Below, in pieces: positions 50,595 to 63,420 of a DNA stretch of 64,000 bases (position 1 is the stretch's first letter; each line of letters opens with the position of its first letter). Location: NCBI RefSeq assembly GCF_006345805.1, contig NC_042997.1:163990001-164054000 (forward strand), written 5' to 3'. The position numbers were made by a program, and so were the translations under genes. The notes under the pieces were generated by a model. That model was not told the DNA's origin and made no database searches. It saw only the letters and a program-made list of their open reading frames with translations. This stretch comes from Octopus sinensis (Eukaryota).

Positions 50595-51547
50595 AACATC
50601 ATCATCATCATCATCATCATTGTTTAATGTCCGCTTTCCATGCTAGCATGGGTTAGACGGTTTGACTAAGGACTGGCAAGCCAGATGGTTGCACCAAGCT
50701 CCAATCTGATCTGGCAGAGTTTCTATAGCTGGATGCCCTTCCTAACGCCAACCACTCTGAAAGTGTAGTGGGTGCTTTTATGTGCCACTGGCACAAGGGC
50801 CCGTGAGGCGGTACTGGTGATGACCACGCTCAAATGGTGTTTTTTATGTGCCACCTACACAGGAGCCAGTCCAGTGACACTGGCAACAACCTCGCTTGAA
50901 TGTTGTTTTCATGTGACAGTAAGGCGAGGCTGATAATGATCATACTCAAATGGTACTTTTTATGTGCCACTGGCACAGAAGCCAGTCAGCAGCCCTGGCA
51001 ATGATCACACTCGGATGGTGCTTTTAATCTTCCACTGGCACAGATGCCAGTCAGGTGGTGCTGTCATCGGCCATGTCAATGAATTTGATTTTGATTTCAC
51101 TTGCCTCAACAGGTCTTCGCAAGCAATTTATAAGTAGGCAGGTTACACTGCTGGAATAGGTCACGGGTTATCGTCTCACTTGGTTTCCCGGAACTTCTCA
51201 AGCACAGCATATTTCTAAAGGTCTCGGTCACAAGTCATTGCCTTGGCGAGGCCCAATGTTTGAAAGTTGTGCTTCACCACCTCATCCCAGGTTTTTCTGG
51301 GTCTACGTCATCCACAGATTCCCTCAACTGTTAAGGTGTGACACTTCTTCACACAGCTGTCCTCATCCATTCACACCACATGTCCATACCAGCGTAGTTG
51401 TCACTCTTGCACACCACATCTGATGCTTCTTAGGTCCAACTTTTCTCTCAAGGAGCTTACACTCTGTTGTGTATGCACACTAACATTACACATCCATTTG
51501 GGCATACTGGCTTCATTCCTTGCAAGCTTATACATGTCCTCAGCAGT
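50595..51547 (-). mobile_element. RTE LINE 3' end (ORF C-terminus plus full 3'UTR)
   Basis: Minus strand gives TAEDMYKLARNEASMPKWMCNVSV...LREKLDLRSIRCGVQE*QLRWYGHVV...RRPRKTWDEVVKH, followed by subrepeats and the tail. Both ends lie in TA-rich sequence. Confidence 0.9.
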
Positions 51548-52477
51548 TATATATGTGTATGTGTGTGTGTGTGCATGCAATGTTTATATATATACAATGT
51601 GTGTGTATGTGTATATATATATATAGATATAAATATATATATATACAATCATATATATCTGTGGGTGTGTAAATATATCTATATATACACATATATATAT
51701 ATATACATGTGTATACATACTATACATATATATATAAATGTGCATATAAATGTTTTTATATATACATTATACATACATATACATATATGTGTATACATAT
51801 ATACATATATAAATATATATGTAAGTATATATACATCTATATACATGGAAAATGTGGGTAGATCAAACGTCTCCAACTTACTTTCATATTAAATTAGAGA
51901 TTGGGGTGAGGAAATATTAACATAGGAAAAGGATGATTATGGTGATTCTGATAGAGAAAAAAATTTCAATTGTTCCTTTATTCCTCTGACTTATTCAGTG
52001 AAATGACAATGGATTTATTTACCTGTACAATGATATATAAATCAATCAACATTGAAGATTCTAAGTGCAGAGTATAAAGAGAAAATCGTACAAGTGAAAC
52101 AATTATTGTTTCATGCATTGATGTGACAAAGCTTAACATTTATTGATCTTGATTTGCCAAAAAAGAAGAAAAAATATTAATTAATTCAAACTTCATGATA
52201 ATATACATGGAAATGCAATTGTATATATTACAGTAATGAGACTAATATTAAAATTTATATGCTATTACTTTGGTTGTCTATGTGTGTGTGTGTGGGTGTG
52301 TGTATGTGCATAAATACATATAAATACATTAAGCACACACATAGATATGCTCATATATACTCACATATGTATGAATATATGCATGCATGCATACATACAT
52401 ACATACACACATACATACATACATATGTACATACATACGTACATACATACATACATACATAAATAAATATATAAATA

Positions 52478-53560
52478 CAGGGAGTTGTGGCTAAATTTGA
52501 CAGTTTGCATAATAAAAAAAGAAAATACAACAGCCCATCCAAAGATAAATGTATTTAAAAAAATCAAAAATTAACAACTGGATTATGGCTGGAAGATAAC
52601 AGTATACACAAAGCAGCTGCCCTCAGCTTCCACCACCGCCTCGAATTGCTTCTGAAACTTGATGTATGCATTCCTCATTGTGACCCTGGGAAGATCTTGG
52701 AATATTTCCTTTATCTTGCTCACCAGCTTGGCCTTTATGTTGCAGGCAGAGCAGTTGGTGTCTCTCTCAACTGCACCCTACACATAGTAATCCATGGGAT
52801 TACAATTGAAAGATTTAGGAGGCAAGAAATTGGGGCTGGTGAAGTCATAGAAATTCTCTGACAACTGGACAACTGCTTGCATCTCTTTCTGGAGGTATGG
52901 CAAGCACCTGAATCCTACTGCCACATATATGACCTTCTGGTAACAATCCTCTCCAGTCAGGTATTGACCACAGTCTCCAGCAGCTTCATGTAGCCAACTG
53001 AATTGAGTCTAAGGCCTTGTTCAAAAATAGTGGGTAGAATGACATCACCCTCACTGGAGACACACCCAAAGATCATCACAGTTTGGGGGATCATGGTTTT
53101 CCTGATACATGGGACATCTCACAGATTGTAGGCAAGCCACCTGTTGTTCCAGGTTTAGCAACTAGTCTTGACAGGAGTATTTTTCTTCTGAGAAGAACCA
53201 AATCATCCCCATCTCAACAGGATGCCATAGCTTGTCCAGGAGTTCCTTTGTCCTTGTTAAGTGGTTCTTCTTGGCCTTGGCTGTCAGACTTTGCACCTCT
53301 TGTATGAGTGGTAGCAAAGGCCCTCATTCAGGGCCAGCTTCATGATGATAACTCCAATAATCATCCCATTTGCCAAATCCTGGATTCCCTTGTTTGGATC
53401 TTCCACCACCTGGTCATGCTATTGTTGGATGAATTTCAGCATGCAGACACAGACAATACCTGTTGTACATGCACACTGACATTGCCCATGTTTCAATGCC
53501 ATGTAGCATGGTTATTTGCATATAGGCATTGTACAATCTGCCTTTCACTCTGAGGACTCT
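52478..53560 (-). mobile_element. maT/DD37D-like Tc1-mariner transposon, decayed
   Basis: TA followed by a TIR-like CAGGGAGTTGTGGCTAAATTT. Motifs FFSEEK, PQTVMIFGCVSSEG, WQ*DSGACHTS...LPPKSFNCNPMDYYV*GAVE. The third catalytic residue is D; exact spacing is obscured by a frameshift. Confidence 0.8.
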
Positions 53561-53579
53561 TTGTAACCAGCAGAGATAA

Positions 53580-55100
53580 GGACTCACTGAACTTTGTTCA
53601 GCCTATTCTTATTCTAGTAGCTATGCTCTTGGAGCATCCACCTCCACAACTGATCAGATAGCTAATCCCTCATTTGGGTCAACATTTGGCAGGTTCTCCC
53701 ATTCATTTTCCACATTTAGCAGCCATTCATAAGGGCATTTCCAAGCCTCTTTCTTTGCAGAATCATTAAATGCAAGTGCACCATCATCCATGCAGACACA
53801 TTTCTCTCCTATGATATCATGATTTTCTCTCACACACTGTTTTGCAATCTGAAACACATCACGTCTCTGGTCCTCGGGTCACCTTCTTTCCTGCTTCTTC
53901 CCTGGCTAGATACACCTGTCTTCTAGCTTCACTTCTGGCTATTTGATACAGTTCCCTGCTACCCCAACACTTCCCGTCCTTCTAGGACTGTTTCTTTGCT
54001 CTAGTGGCCCTGTCTACAGCATCGTTGAACCACCACCGCTACCACATCACCCTAGGTCTGGATGGGACTTTGCACTAGCCCACTAGCCATAGATCTGGTT
54101 TGTGGCACTCAGCAAGCTGTCCCACAGGAATTCCCAGTTGCTCTCTATGTTACAAGTCTTTAGTTCCTCCTTCCTCTCATCAAATTTTTCAATTAGGGTG
54201 TCTCTGGACCTCTGACTATATAAAGGGTCCTTAAGCTTCCAGATTGTTCTGCTTCTTAGCATCCTTCTGGCCTGAAGTCTAAAGTCATTAATGACTAGTC
54301 TATGCTGGGAGTACATTCTTCATCAGGGAAGGTCTTTATATTTATGAGCAACCATGTGAGCTGCTGTCTGGTGAGAATGTAATCGATTTGGCTAGATTGG
54401 TCACCCGATTGGTAGATTATCAGGTGGCTGGCAGGCTTCAGAAACTGGTGTTGCAGATCAATAGGTCATTTGCATCACAGAACTCCAGTAACCATGTCCC
54501 CTCTTCATTTTGGGAACCAATTCCATGGCTCCCATGTACACTATGGAAAATACCGGGCTGCTGCCTGACATGCCCATTGAAATCCCCAGTTATGAAGATG
54601 AGAGCATTATCATTCATCTTTGAGATAGCCTGCAAAAGAATATCATAAAAGCGATCCTTTTGTTCATTTGGTAAACTGGCTTGCAGGGCATAGGCAGAGA
54701 GAACTGTTGCTGTACTATTCTGTAAACTAACCTGAGCATAAGCAGTCTATCATACACTCTGACTACTTCTATGACCTTATCCACCCATTTCTCTGCAAGA
54801 AGTATGCCCACACCACCTACCCCTTCATTGTTACTTTCCCAGAAAATTTTATACCCATGTATGTTGCCTGTGGAGAACCTGGCTGAAGCTCCACTCTATC
54901 TTACCTTTTGAATACAGCACACATCAACATGCCTCTGTTCAAACATCTCAACAATCTCACCAGACCTATCTTTCAATATGCCTACATTGATAGTGCCAAC
55001 TCTGAAATCTGAGCAAAGGACATGGGAGGGAAGATGGAAAGAGGGGATGGTATTCAGCACCTGAAAAGGTTTCAATGAGCGTTTGGTAGCAGACATGTCA
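53580..55100 (-). mobile_element. RTE LINE 5' portion (apurinic endonuclease domain and linker)
   Basis: GTINVGILKDRSGEIVEMFEQRHVDVCCIQ, GILLAEKWVDKVIEV, TGDFNGHV...GIGSQNEEGTWLLEFCDANDLLICNT, QHRLVINDF, KKEAWK. Confidence 0.9.
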
Positions 55101-55236
55101 CATCAGTTGTTCTCATTATGCACACACACATACATACCTTGTATGAATATGTTCTTTTCATCATATTGAACCGTTAATCTCTATACATATTTTTCTCAGT
55201 CTTTTTTGTTCATTCTTCCTTTTTTTCCTTCTCAAT

Positions 55237-55273
55237 CTTTTCTCTCAAAGAGCATAGGCTCAAAACGTCAAAG
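55237..55273 (+). ncRNA. Strongly decayed hammerhead-like motif, same family as 47308-47343
   Basis: CTTT(T) - CTCTCAA - A - GAGC ATAG GCTC - AAAA - CG - TC - AAAG. Stems I and II are intact, but core positions G5, G8 and G12 are mutated. Confidence 0.45.
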
Positions 55274-55369
55274 AGTTTTTCATTCTTCCCAACCATCAAT
55301 AAAGGAACAACAAGCAGGTGCATTAACATCTGCTTGTTGTTCCTTCATCTTTTATTTTCTGTAAATTGA

Positions 55370-55422
<53 letters not shown>

Positions 55423-55564
55423 CATCAGATACTGGATTACCTCCTCTAATACCCGCCCCATTATAGCAAGACACCTGTTTCTGTCTCTCTGTCACACTCT
55501 AACCTTTCATCCTCTGACACAAGTTCCCCTCCTCAAATGCCCCTGCCCCTTTCATAATTCCTTG

Positions 55565-55872
55565 TCTTGTGAGTAGCTTGGTGACCCTGCCAGAGCTGGT
55601 GCCACATAAAAAGCATCCAGCCCACACTGTAAAGATGTTGGCATTTGGAAGGGCATCCAGCTGTAAAAAATCAAGCCAAAACTAACCTTGCCTGTGCTAG
55701 TACTACATAAAAAAACACTGAATCTACTCTGCAGAGTGGTTGATGTTAGGAAGGGCATCCAGCCATAAAAATTCGGCCAAAACAGACACAGTAGCCTAGG
55801 GTAGTTTTCTACCTGGCTGGCTCCTGTCAACCATCCTACCCATGTATGTATGGAAGACCAACATTAAACGAT
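55565..55872 (+). mobile_element. RTE 3'UTR copy with duplicated GGAAGGGCATCCAGC segment
   Basis: Two GGAAGGGCATCCAGC motifs and a ...CATTAAACGATG tail running into (TA)n. Confidence 0.75.
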
Positions 55873-55873
55873 G

Positions 55874-55909
<36 letters not shown>

Positions 55910-57134
55910 TATTGATAGATAACTAGATAAATAGATGTACACACACACATACACACAAATATATACACGCGCACACATACATCTCATTCACACACACATG
56001 TATAGAAATATACTGGTTGCAGTAGGTATTTATGGTAAGTGATCTGACACGATACAAGCATACACCAATTTAAACTTTTTCATTTCTCTTTGAAATGTAT
56101 CAGAAAACATTAACATCAAAGATTCTAAACTGACATGCTAAATGAAAACATATGTCAAGTTTGTAGCTGTACCAACCAACCAACCAACCAACTAATCAAC
56201 CAACCAAGGTATCTTAGTGATCACTAGCTTCTTGAATGTAGCTAAGTCCTTTGTGTTCCAGTCAGGAAAATGAGGGAGACCTTTGCTTAGAATGTGTCAT
56301 CCATGGCCAAAAGAAAGAAACCTTCTCAATAGCCAAACATCATCAGAACAAGGAGCAGGCGGAGAGAACAATGTGGTTTAGCTAAATTGATTGTTAACTA
56401 TGCTCAAGAACCCCAAGAAACCTATAATGTTCTGGCTCTTCTCAGTGATGCTGAGATGAGTGATGGAGGGATGATAGATGGTATTAAATACAAAGAAGGT
56501 GACAAATACAGACTTCACAAAGACATACTGGGTGAGAGACCCAAATAGGGTAATGAGGAGTCTCTAGCTGTACATGATACAAGGCAACCTCCTTAGTGTT
56601 AGTGTCACCATAAAATTTTCTCAGAATAAATTGTCAAGTGGTTGAAAAATTAGTGGAGATCATGTAGGGCTGAAAGGACTTTCTAGTCTTGTCAAGAACA
56701 TGACAATATCAATATTACTGTTGATATGATAAAATTCAGCTGATAGCCTCTATGAAGTGGTTGGTGATTGGAAGGACATCCAACAGCAGAATAACTGTGA
56801 ATAAGAACTAACTTGAATTGTGACAGTCCATCCAATCCATGTAAACTAGCATAGAAAGTAGATATATAATGGTGGTGTTGGTGGTGGTGGTTGTGGTGAT
56901 GGTGGTGATATACCATTATTCTTTTAATGCCCACCTTTCCATGTTTGCATGGTGCCAGGTGGAATTTGTTGAGGCAAATTTTCTATCACCCTCGCTTGTT
57001 TCCAAGCAAGGTAATATTTCTCCATAGCCAGATAGGTTTTCACAGATCTTTAGAAATACTGAACACCACTTGTATGATGGTGATGCTCATTTACAACTAT
57101 TGTGCAATGTCAAGACAAGAAGACAAATACCTGC

Positions 57135-57175
<41 letters not shown>

Positions 57176-57224
57176 GTATGTGTACCTCAGTGTGCTAGTG
57201 TATAAAAGTCAGGCTAGAAATATA

Positions 57225-57590
57225 ATTATGGAATAGCTGTGTGGTAAGAAGCTTGCTTCCAAACCACATGGTTCCTTGTTCAGTTTCACTGCATGGCACC
57301 CTGGGGAAGTGATTTTTACTATAGTTTCAGGCCAATCAAAGCCTTGTGAGTGGATTTGGTACACAGAAACTGAAAGAAGCCTGCCGTATATATATGTATG
57401 TGTGTCTGCCCCCCCCCCCACACACACACACACCTGACAACCCGTAACTTAGTGGTTCAGCAAAAGACACTTTTAAAATAAGTACCAGGTTTAAAAAATG
57501 TAAAAAAGTACTGGGACCAATTCATTCAACTAATATTCTTCAATGCAGTGCCCCAGCATGGCCACAGTCTGATGACAAAAGAATAAAAGA
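57225..57590 (+). mobile_element. tRNA-derived SINE with internal microsatellite
   Basis: GCTGTGTGGTAAGAAGCTTGCTTCCAAACCACATGGTTCC...GGGGAAGTG...AAAGCCTTGTGAGTGGATTTGG...AAACTGAAAGAAGCC...CCGTAACTTAGTGGTTC...AAAAGAATAAAAG. Confidence 0.8.
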
Positions 57591-57789
57591 ATATATATAT
57601 ATATATAAAGGTATAAAAGCTGATGAAGATTGTGAAAGAGGGAGGAATGGGCAGAAAGATGGCTAGACAGACAGACAGAGGGTGGATAAATGGATATGTA
57701 GCGAGAAAGAGAGGTAAAAAAGATAGGTTAATAGACACAACATAGAGAACTGCATACATGGATGGCTGGAGAGATGGATGGATGGATGG

Positions 57790-57793
57790 ATAG

Positions 57794-57875
<82 letters not shown>

Positions 57876-57895
57876 ATGGATAGATAGATAGATAC
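57790..57895. repeat. (GATA)n microsatellite
   Basis: Read directly from the sequence. Confidence 0.9.
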
Positions 57896-58464
57896 CTACC
57901 AACCTATACACATGCAAATTCATACACACATACACACATGCATAAGAGATCTTTGACAAATCTTTATACATACATATGTACATATGCACACATGCATGTA
58001 CATGCACACACACACAACAACAACAACAACACAGTCATAACCTCAAATACTGTCTCCAATGAAAATAACCAAAAAATTTAGAAGAGAAAATGAAACTACT
58101 ATTCTTGGATTAACAAAAAAATGAATTGATTATAGACAGTATTCACATATATTTATTCAGTTGAAAGTGTTCTTTATGCATTTAGTTTAAAGTATACCAA
58201 CAAAATTAAATGGTTACATAAATTGATCCAAACAATTTTTGTAATTGACGCCACATGACTTCATCCAAGTGACTTGGTAAAGTCCTTGTTTGCATGCTAT
58301 ACATAATTTTAAAAGAGTGTTTATTTTTTTTTTTTTTCAAGTGTGTTCAGTCATATTGCTATGAGCACTAGTCAGTTGGTCCATGAATTTCATATTATCT
58401 CTGAAAATATTTGTATTTTCAGACAAATTTATTGCTAATATATATTGAAAATGAGTATAGATGA

Positions 58465-58646
58465 TAGGCGCAGGTATGGCTGTGTGGTTAAAAAGCTTGC
58501 TTCTAAACCATGTGGTCTTGGATTCAGTTCCAGAGTGTGGCACCCTAAGGCAAGTGTCTTCTATATTTCTTTTTTATGTGTACTGTAGCTCTAAACTGAC
58601 CAAAGCCTTGTAAATGGATTTATTAGATGGAAACTGAAAGCAACCC

Positions 58647-58650
<4 letters not shown>
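58465..58650 (+). mobile_element. tRNA-derived SINE 5' half
   Basis: GGCGCAGGTATGGCTGTGTGGTT (A-box region), GGATTCAGTTCC (B-box-like), and GGCAAGTGTCTTCTA...AAAGCCTTG...GGAAACTGAAAG ending in (TA)n. Confidence 0.75.
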
Positions 58651-58679
<29 letters not shown>

Positions 58680-58688
58680 GTATATGTA

Positions 58689-58790
58689 CAGGGTGTCCCA
58701 AAAGTCGCTGATGAGTTTCAGTTTTTAATAACTTCCATAACTCTACAAATAAATGTATGAAATTTTGATACAACATAAAGGACATACTTG
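58689..58790 (+). mobile_element. Solo Tc1/mariner-type terminal fragment
   Basis: TA followed by CAGGGTGTCCCAAAAGTC, a TIR-like start. No partner TIR was found. Confidence 0.45.
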
Positions 58791-59289
58791 GAAACAGGTG
58801 AAGGCTGGCGACAGCAGGATCATCCAGCATCAGAAAATCAGCCTCAACAAATTCCATTTGACCAATTGCAAACATGGAAAAATGATGATGATGATGATGA
58901 TGGCAATGATGATGATAGAGAGAAAAGAGCTTAATTCAATGTCAGTGGACTTGAATCTTGTATTCAATATTTTGATGATCTATAAGCATCATGTATTTTG
59001 GGGCTACCTGGGAGAATGGGAGGGTGATGAGGAGAGGGGTTGGAAATAGGTAAGATAGAGAGACAGAGAGATAGGTAAGTAGGATAGATAGAGAGACAGA
59101 GGGATAGGTAAGTAGGATAGATAGAGAGACAGAGGGATAGGTAAGACTCAAAATTACGTATAAGATACAAAAGTAGTCAGGTAAGTAGATGGGTAAATAG
59201 ATATGTCTATGCACACAACTGAATGACTGTCCAACCTACAGACAGAGTACTGTTGTAATCTTAGGAGTCAAATCAGAAGGATATTATGA

Positions 59290-59880
59290 AAACAATCACT
59301 TCCCAACCACATGGTTCCAGGTACAGTCCCACAGCATGCAACCTTGGGTAAGTGTCTTCTACTATAACCATGAGCTGACCAAAGCCTTGTAAACGGAAAC
59401 TGAAAGAAGCTTGTTGTATATATATATATATATATATATATCATCATCATCATCATCATCATCATCGTTTAGCGTCCGTTTTCCATGCTAGCATGGGTTG
59501 GACGGTTCTACTGGGGTCTGTGAAGCCAGAAGGCTTCATCAGGCCCAGTCAAATCTGGCAGTGTTTCTACGGCTGGATGCCCTTCCTAACGCCAACCACT
59601 CCGTGAGTGTAGTGGGTGCTTTTTACGTGCCACCCCTATATATATGTGTATATGCATTTGTGTGTGTATGTCTGTTTGTCGCCCCACCGTCACTTGACAA
59701 CTGGTGTGTTTATGTCCCCGTAACTTAGTGGTTCAGCAAAAGAGACCGATGGAATAAGTATCAGACTTACAAAAAATAAGTCCTGGGGTCAATTTTTTCA
59801 ACTAAAACCCTTTCGGGCAGTACTCCAGCTTGGCTGCAGTCAAAATGACTGAAACAAGTAAAAGAATAAAAGAAAACATG
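59290..59880 (+). mobile_element. tRNA-SINE interrupted by an antisense RTE tail (59440-59635) in its internal (TA)n
   Basis: The SINE 5' half ends GGAAACTGAAAGAAGC-(TA)n, the RTE tail (CAT)n...TTTTACGTGCCACC follows, and the SINE resumes TATATATGTG...CCCCGTAACTTAG...AAACAAGTAAAAG. Confidence 0.85.
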
Positions 59881-60520
59881 TTTCTTTTGTAGGCCCTGTT
59901 CATGCAGGCATGCACAAACACATGCATGTGTGCAAACATACACACTTATGTGTGCATGCACACACATACACACACACACACATACACCATTGGCTTCATA
60001 GAGTTTATGTCAACCAGATTCATTCACAAGACATTGGCTGCCTCAGAACTATAGTAGAAGAGACTTTCCTAAGGTGCCACTTGATGTGACCGAACCTGAA
60101 ACTATGTGGTTGCAAGATGAACTTCTTAATCACACAACCCTGATTGAGCTTTGGGAAAACAGAAAAAATACGAAGTTTTTTATTGTCCTCTATCAAAAGA
60201 AACAAAAGAGACCACAGATAAAGAATAGCTGGATTGTGATCCTGTGTCAGTCTTGACAAGCAAACTTTGATTAAAAATATGCTAGTCATGACCATCTAGT
60301 TACATGTCTGATTTGCAGAAAATTTGATTTGTGTTCAGTAGGCCCAACAACTGTGTAGAGGCAGTAATTTGATTTCTTCAGTTGCCACATACGGGTAATA
60401 GAATTATAAAGGAACTAACAAAACTGGAAGTTTCCAATATTAACTTACCACTCAGCCTCTTTTGTTATTGCAAAACATACTCTTATGTAAGCTGGTCTGT
60501 TGCTTTTCCCATAACCTATT

Positions 60521-60746
60521 TCTTTACTACCCACAAGGGGCTAAACACAGAGAGGACAAACAAGGACAGACAAACAGATTAAGTCGATTATATCGACTCC
60601 AGTGCATAACTGGTACTTAATTTATCGACCCTGAAAGGATGAAAGGTAAAGTCGACCTTGGCGGAAATTGAACTCAGAATGTAACAGCAGACGAAATATC
60701 GCTAAGCATTTCTCCTGGCATGCTAGCGATTCTGCCAGCTCACCGT
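60521..60746 (-). mobile_element. Young full-length tRNA-SINE with 18-bp target-site duplication
   Basis: CTTTTCCCATAACCTATT occurs at 60503-60520 and 60747-60764. The head is GACGGTGAGCTGGCAGAATCG...GAGTTCAATTTCC. Confidence 0.9.
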
Positions 60747-60789
60747 CTTTTCCCATAACCTATTAGGTTACTAGGTTGCCACAGAAGAT

Positions 60790-61260
60790 GCCCTGCAGCT
60801 ATTTTCACTTATCCACATGCATCAAATGTCCATACCACCATAACTTTGCTCCTGCATTCAATTGATTCCACATATACCCAGTTTTCCTCTCAGCTCATCT
60901 ATAACTTGTTAAAGCTCAGTAACTTCACACATCTAATGAATCAATGTCATCACTAGATCTACCCTTGGCTAGGATTTCTGCACGTTTCACTATGAAGAGA
61001 GCATCAGGGATACCCCAGCCTGGAAAAACCCAAACTGCATCTCATCCATGTGCTTTCTCTTCTTAATCAATTATGCTAAACATGTCCAGTGACTTTTATA
61101 ATTCAATTTGATACCTCTGTAATTGTTTCTTCGTTTTCCTAGATCATCACATTTGCCACAGTAACAGCTGAGGATTATACTACTGTATCAGTCATTACAT
61201 ATGACAACCTCACAATAAAACTTGCTAGACTATGCAGGGATTAGCTTGAATCCTATTTCA
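60790..61260 (-). mobile_element. RTE LINE RT-domain remnant
   Basis: Minus strand NYRGIKL and MDEMQFGF, in broken frames. Confidence 0.65.
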
Positions 61261-61373
61261 ACAGATATTTTCAGTATTTCAGTGATGATACCAGTTGAAT
61301 CAACTACTATCCCAAACTCCATAAACTAAATAGCCATTTGACTATATACACACACACTCACACACTCACACAG

Positions 61374-61404
<31 letters not shown>

Positions 61405-61429
61405 ATGCCCGAACATGACCATAATCCAA

Positions 61430-62720
61430 TGAGGGAAACCAATAAAAGAAAAGAGCATAACATTTAATCTGCTGGGCTTTAAGAGAAATTTTTTTTTTAC
61501 TGTGTCTAAGTCAGCTCTTATACACGTTAAACCATCCCTTGAAAAAAATGCAAAAAAAAACAGAGACATTCTTATTGTTTCATTTGTCCTGCTGAATCTT
61601 TATGGTATAATTTCACATGAATATGGATTAAATGCCATTGAATTCTGGTCACAAAAATTTTTCTAATGAACTACCTGAATGAATAGAGAAAGCTTCATCA
61701 TTGAAGGAATGAAATTCACCTGGGAAAATAATTATTTCAACTTCAAAGGCATCATTCACAGACAAATATTATAGACTGTGATGAGAACAAGAGCCACTCT
61801 AACTTATGCTAATTTAGTCATGGCATATTTAGAAGTTCAAATATTTGAGTAATCCAGACTAAGGCATGGCAACAATTTCATAAAACACCTATTGGACTAT
61901 TGGTAACAACATTTGGATGATTGCTTTATCCTGCAGATACACAGTCTTGACCAGTTAAATGAGTTAGAAACTTTAGTTAACAGTATAAATAATAGCATTC
62001 AATTCACAATAGAGTACAGTAAAAAGAACTAGCTTTTGGGGAAATTTTAGTCATTGAGAGAAACATAGACACTAAAACTAACATTCACTTCCAGCCAACA
62101 GACTCAAAACAATATTTGTTATTTACTTCTTGCCTTTCTAAACAAGAAACAAGAAGAATCTGCAAAAGTGTATCCATTTTAGAAACTCAAGATAAACAGC
62201 CTCAAGAATTAAAGAAAATATTATTCGAAAAACACTACTCAGCAACATAAACAGATAATAGAATAGCACATGCCAAATAATAGTTGTTTAAAATCTTTGA
62301 AGGACTAAAGACACTTCTGATACACTCAAAGCCTTAACATCAACATACAAGCCAAGAAATACAGAAGCATGCAACATTATTCATCAGAATATACCACTAT
62401 TGAGGAAAGACTAAAAAATGAAATATACACTCAAAACTCAAAGAAAATTGAAAGAAGACAATTAAAACCTTAAAGATTACTTACTGAAAATACAACCCCA
62501 AGTCAAAAAGTGTGGATGCCCTAACTGCAGAATCTGTATTAAAGTTACAATTTATGAATTTAAATTGGAATAGATATTTACCCTGAAAAACTTTTCCTGT
62601 ATATCAAAGAATTAAATTTATGTAACTAAATGTAACAGATGTGTGAAGATTACATAGGACAAATGAGATCGATTTTTAGAAGAGTGGCTGTATATCATCA
62701 ACAAATGCAAAATACTTATC
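61430..62720 (+). mobile_element. Penelope-like element remnant (RT plus GIY-YIG)
   Basis: RATLTYANLVMAYLE, HLDDCFIL, NSINNSIQFTIEYSK, QPTDSKQYLLFTS, then KCGCPNCRIC and IYV.KCNRC.EDYIG. Frameshifted. Confidence 0.85.
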
Positions 62721-62914
62721 AATGAATATTTGAACTTGTGTACAATAAATAAATTCCCAAAATATCCAGTTTTCTCTGTTGAATATATGAACTAAACAAA
62801 TATGAAAGAATAAATGAAGCATTTTTATAAAGAAATACAAATCATGTCCAAAAAAAGATGCTCTGTAACATAAATTAATGCTAACATAACTTTTTATCAT
62901 TGTTTAATGACAGT

Positions 62915-63420
62915 TTTCCATGCTGGCATGGGTTGGATAGTTTGACAGGAGTTGGCCAGTTAGGGAGCTGTCCAAACTCTAGCTGTCTGTTTTGGCATAG
63001 TTTCTACAACTGGATGCCCTTCCTAATACCAGCCACTTTACAGAGTGTGCTGTGTCACTGGCATGGGTGTGATCACACAGCATTGGCACAAGTGAATTTA
63101 TGCAACATTGGCATAAGCACATTTTATGTGGCATCAACATGAATGCATTTTACAAGGCACTGGTACAGGTACATTTTATGTGGCACTGGCACCTGCAAAG
63201 GACATGCCTGTAAGTTATGGATGACTGCAATTTCACTTAGCTTGATACATCTCAAGTATATCAAATCAACACACAACTCCCAGTCCCTTATCATTTCCTC
63301 AGTGAGGCCCAGCATCTGAAGATCCTTTCTGACCACTTCATCCCATGTCTTCCTGGGTCAACCCCTTCCACGGTTTTTCCTCCACAACTAGAGATCAGCT
63401 TTTCTGTAAGCAGCTGTCTT
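62915..63420 (-). mobile_element. RTE LINE 3' end (old)
   Basis: Minus strand PRKTWDEVVRKDLQMLGLTEEMIRD followed by a diverged 3'UTR and tail. Confidence 0.8.

Noticed and set aside
57615-57640. CTGATGA...GAAA hammerhead-like spacing
   Set aside because: Stems II and III and a UH site cannot be formed.
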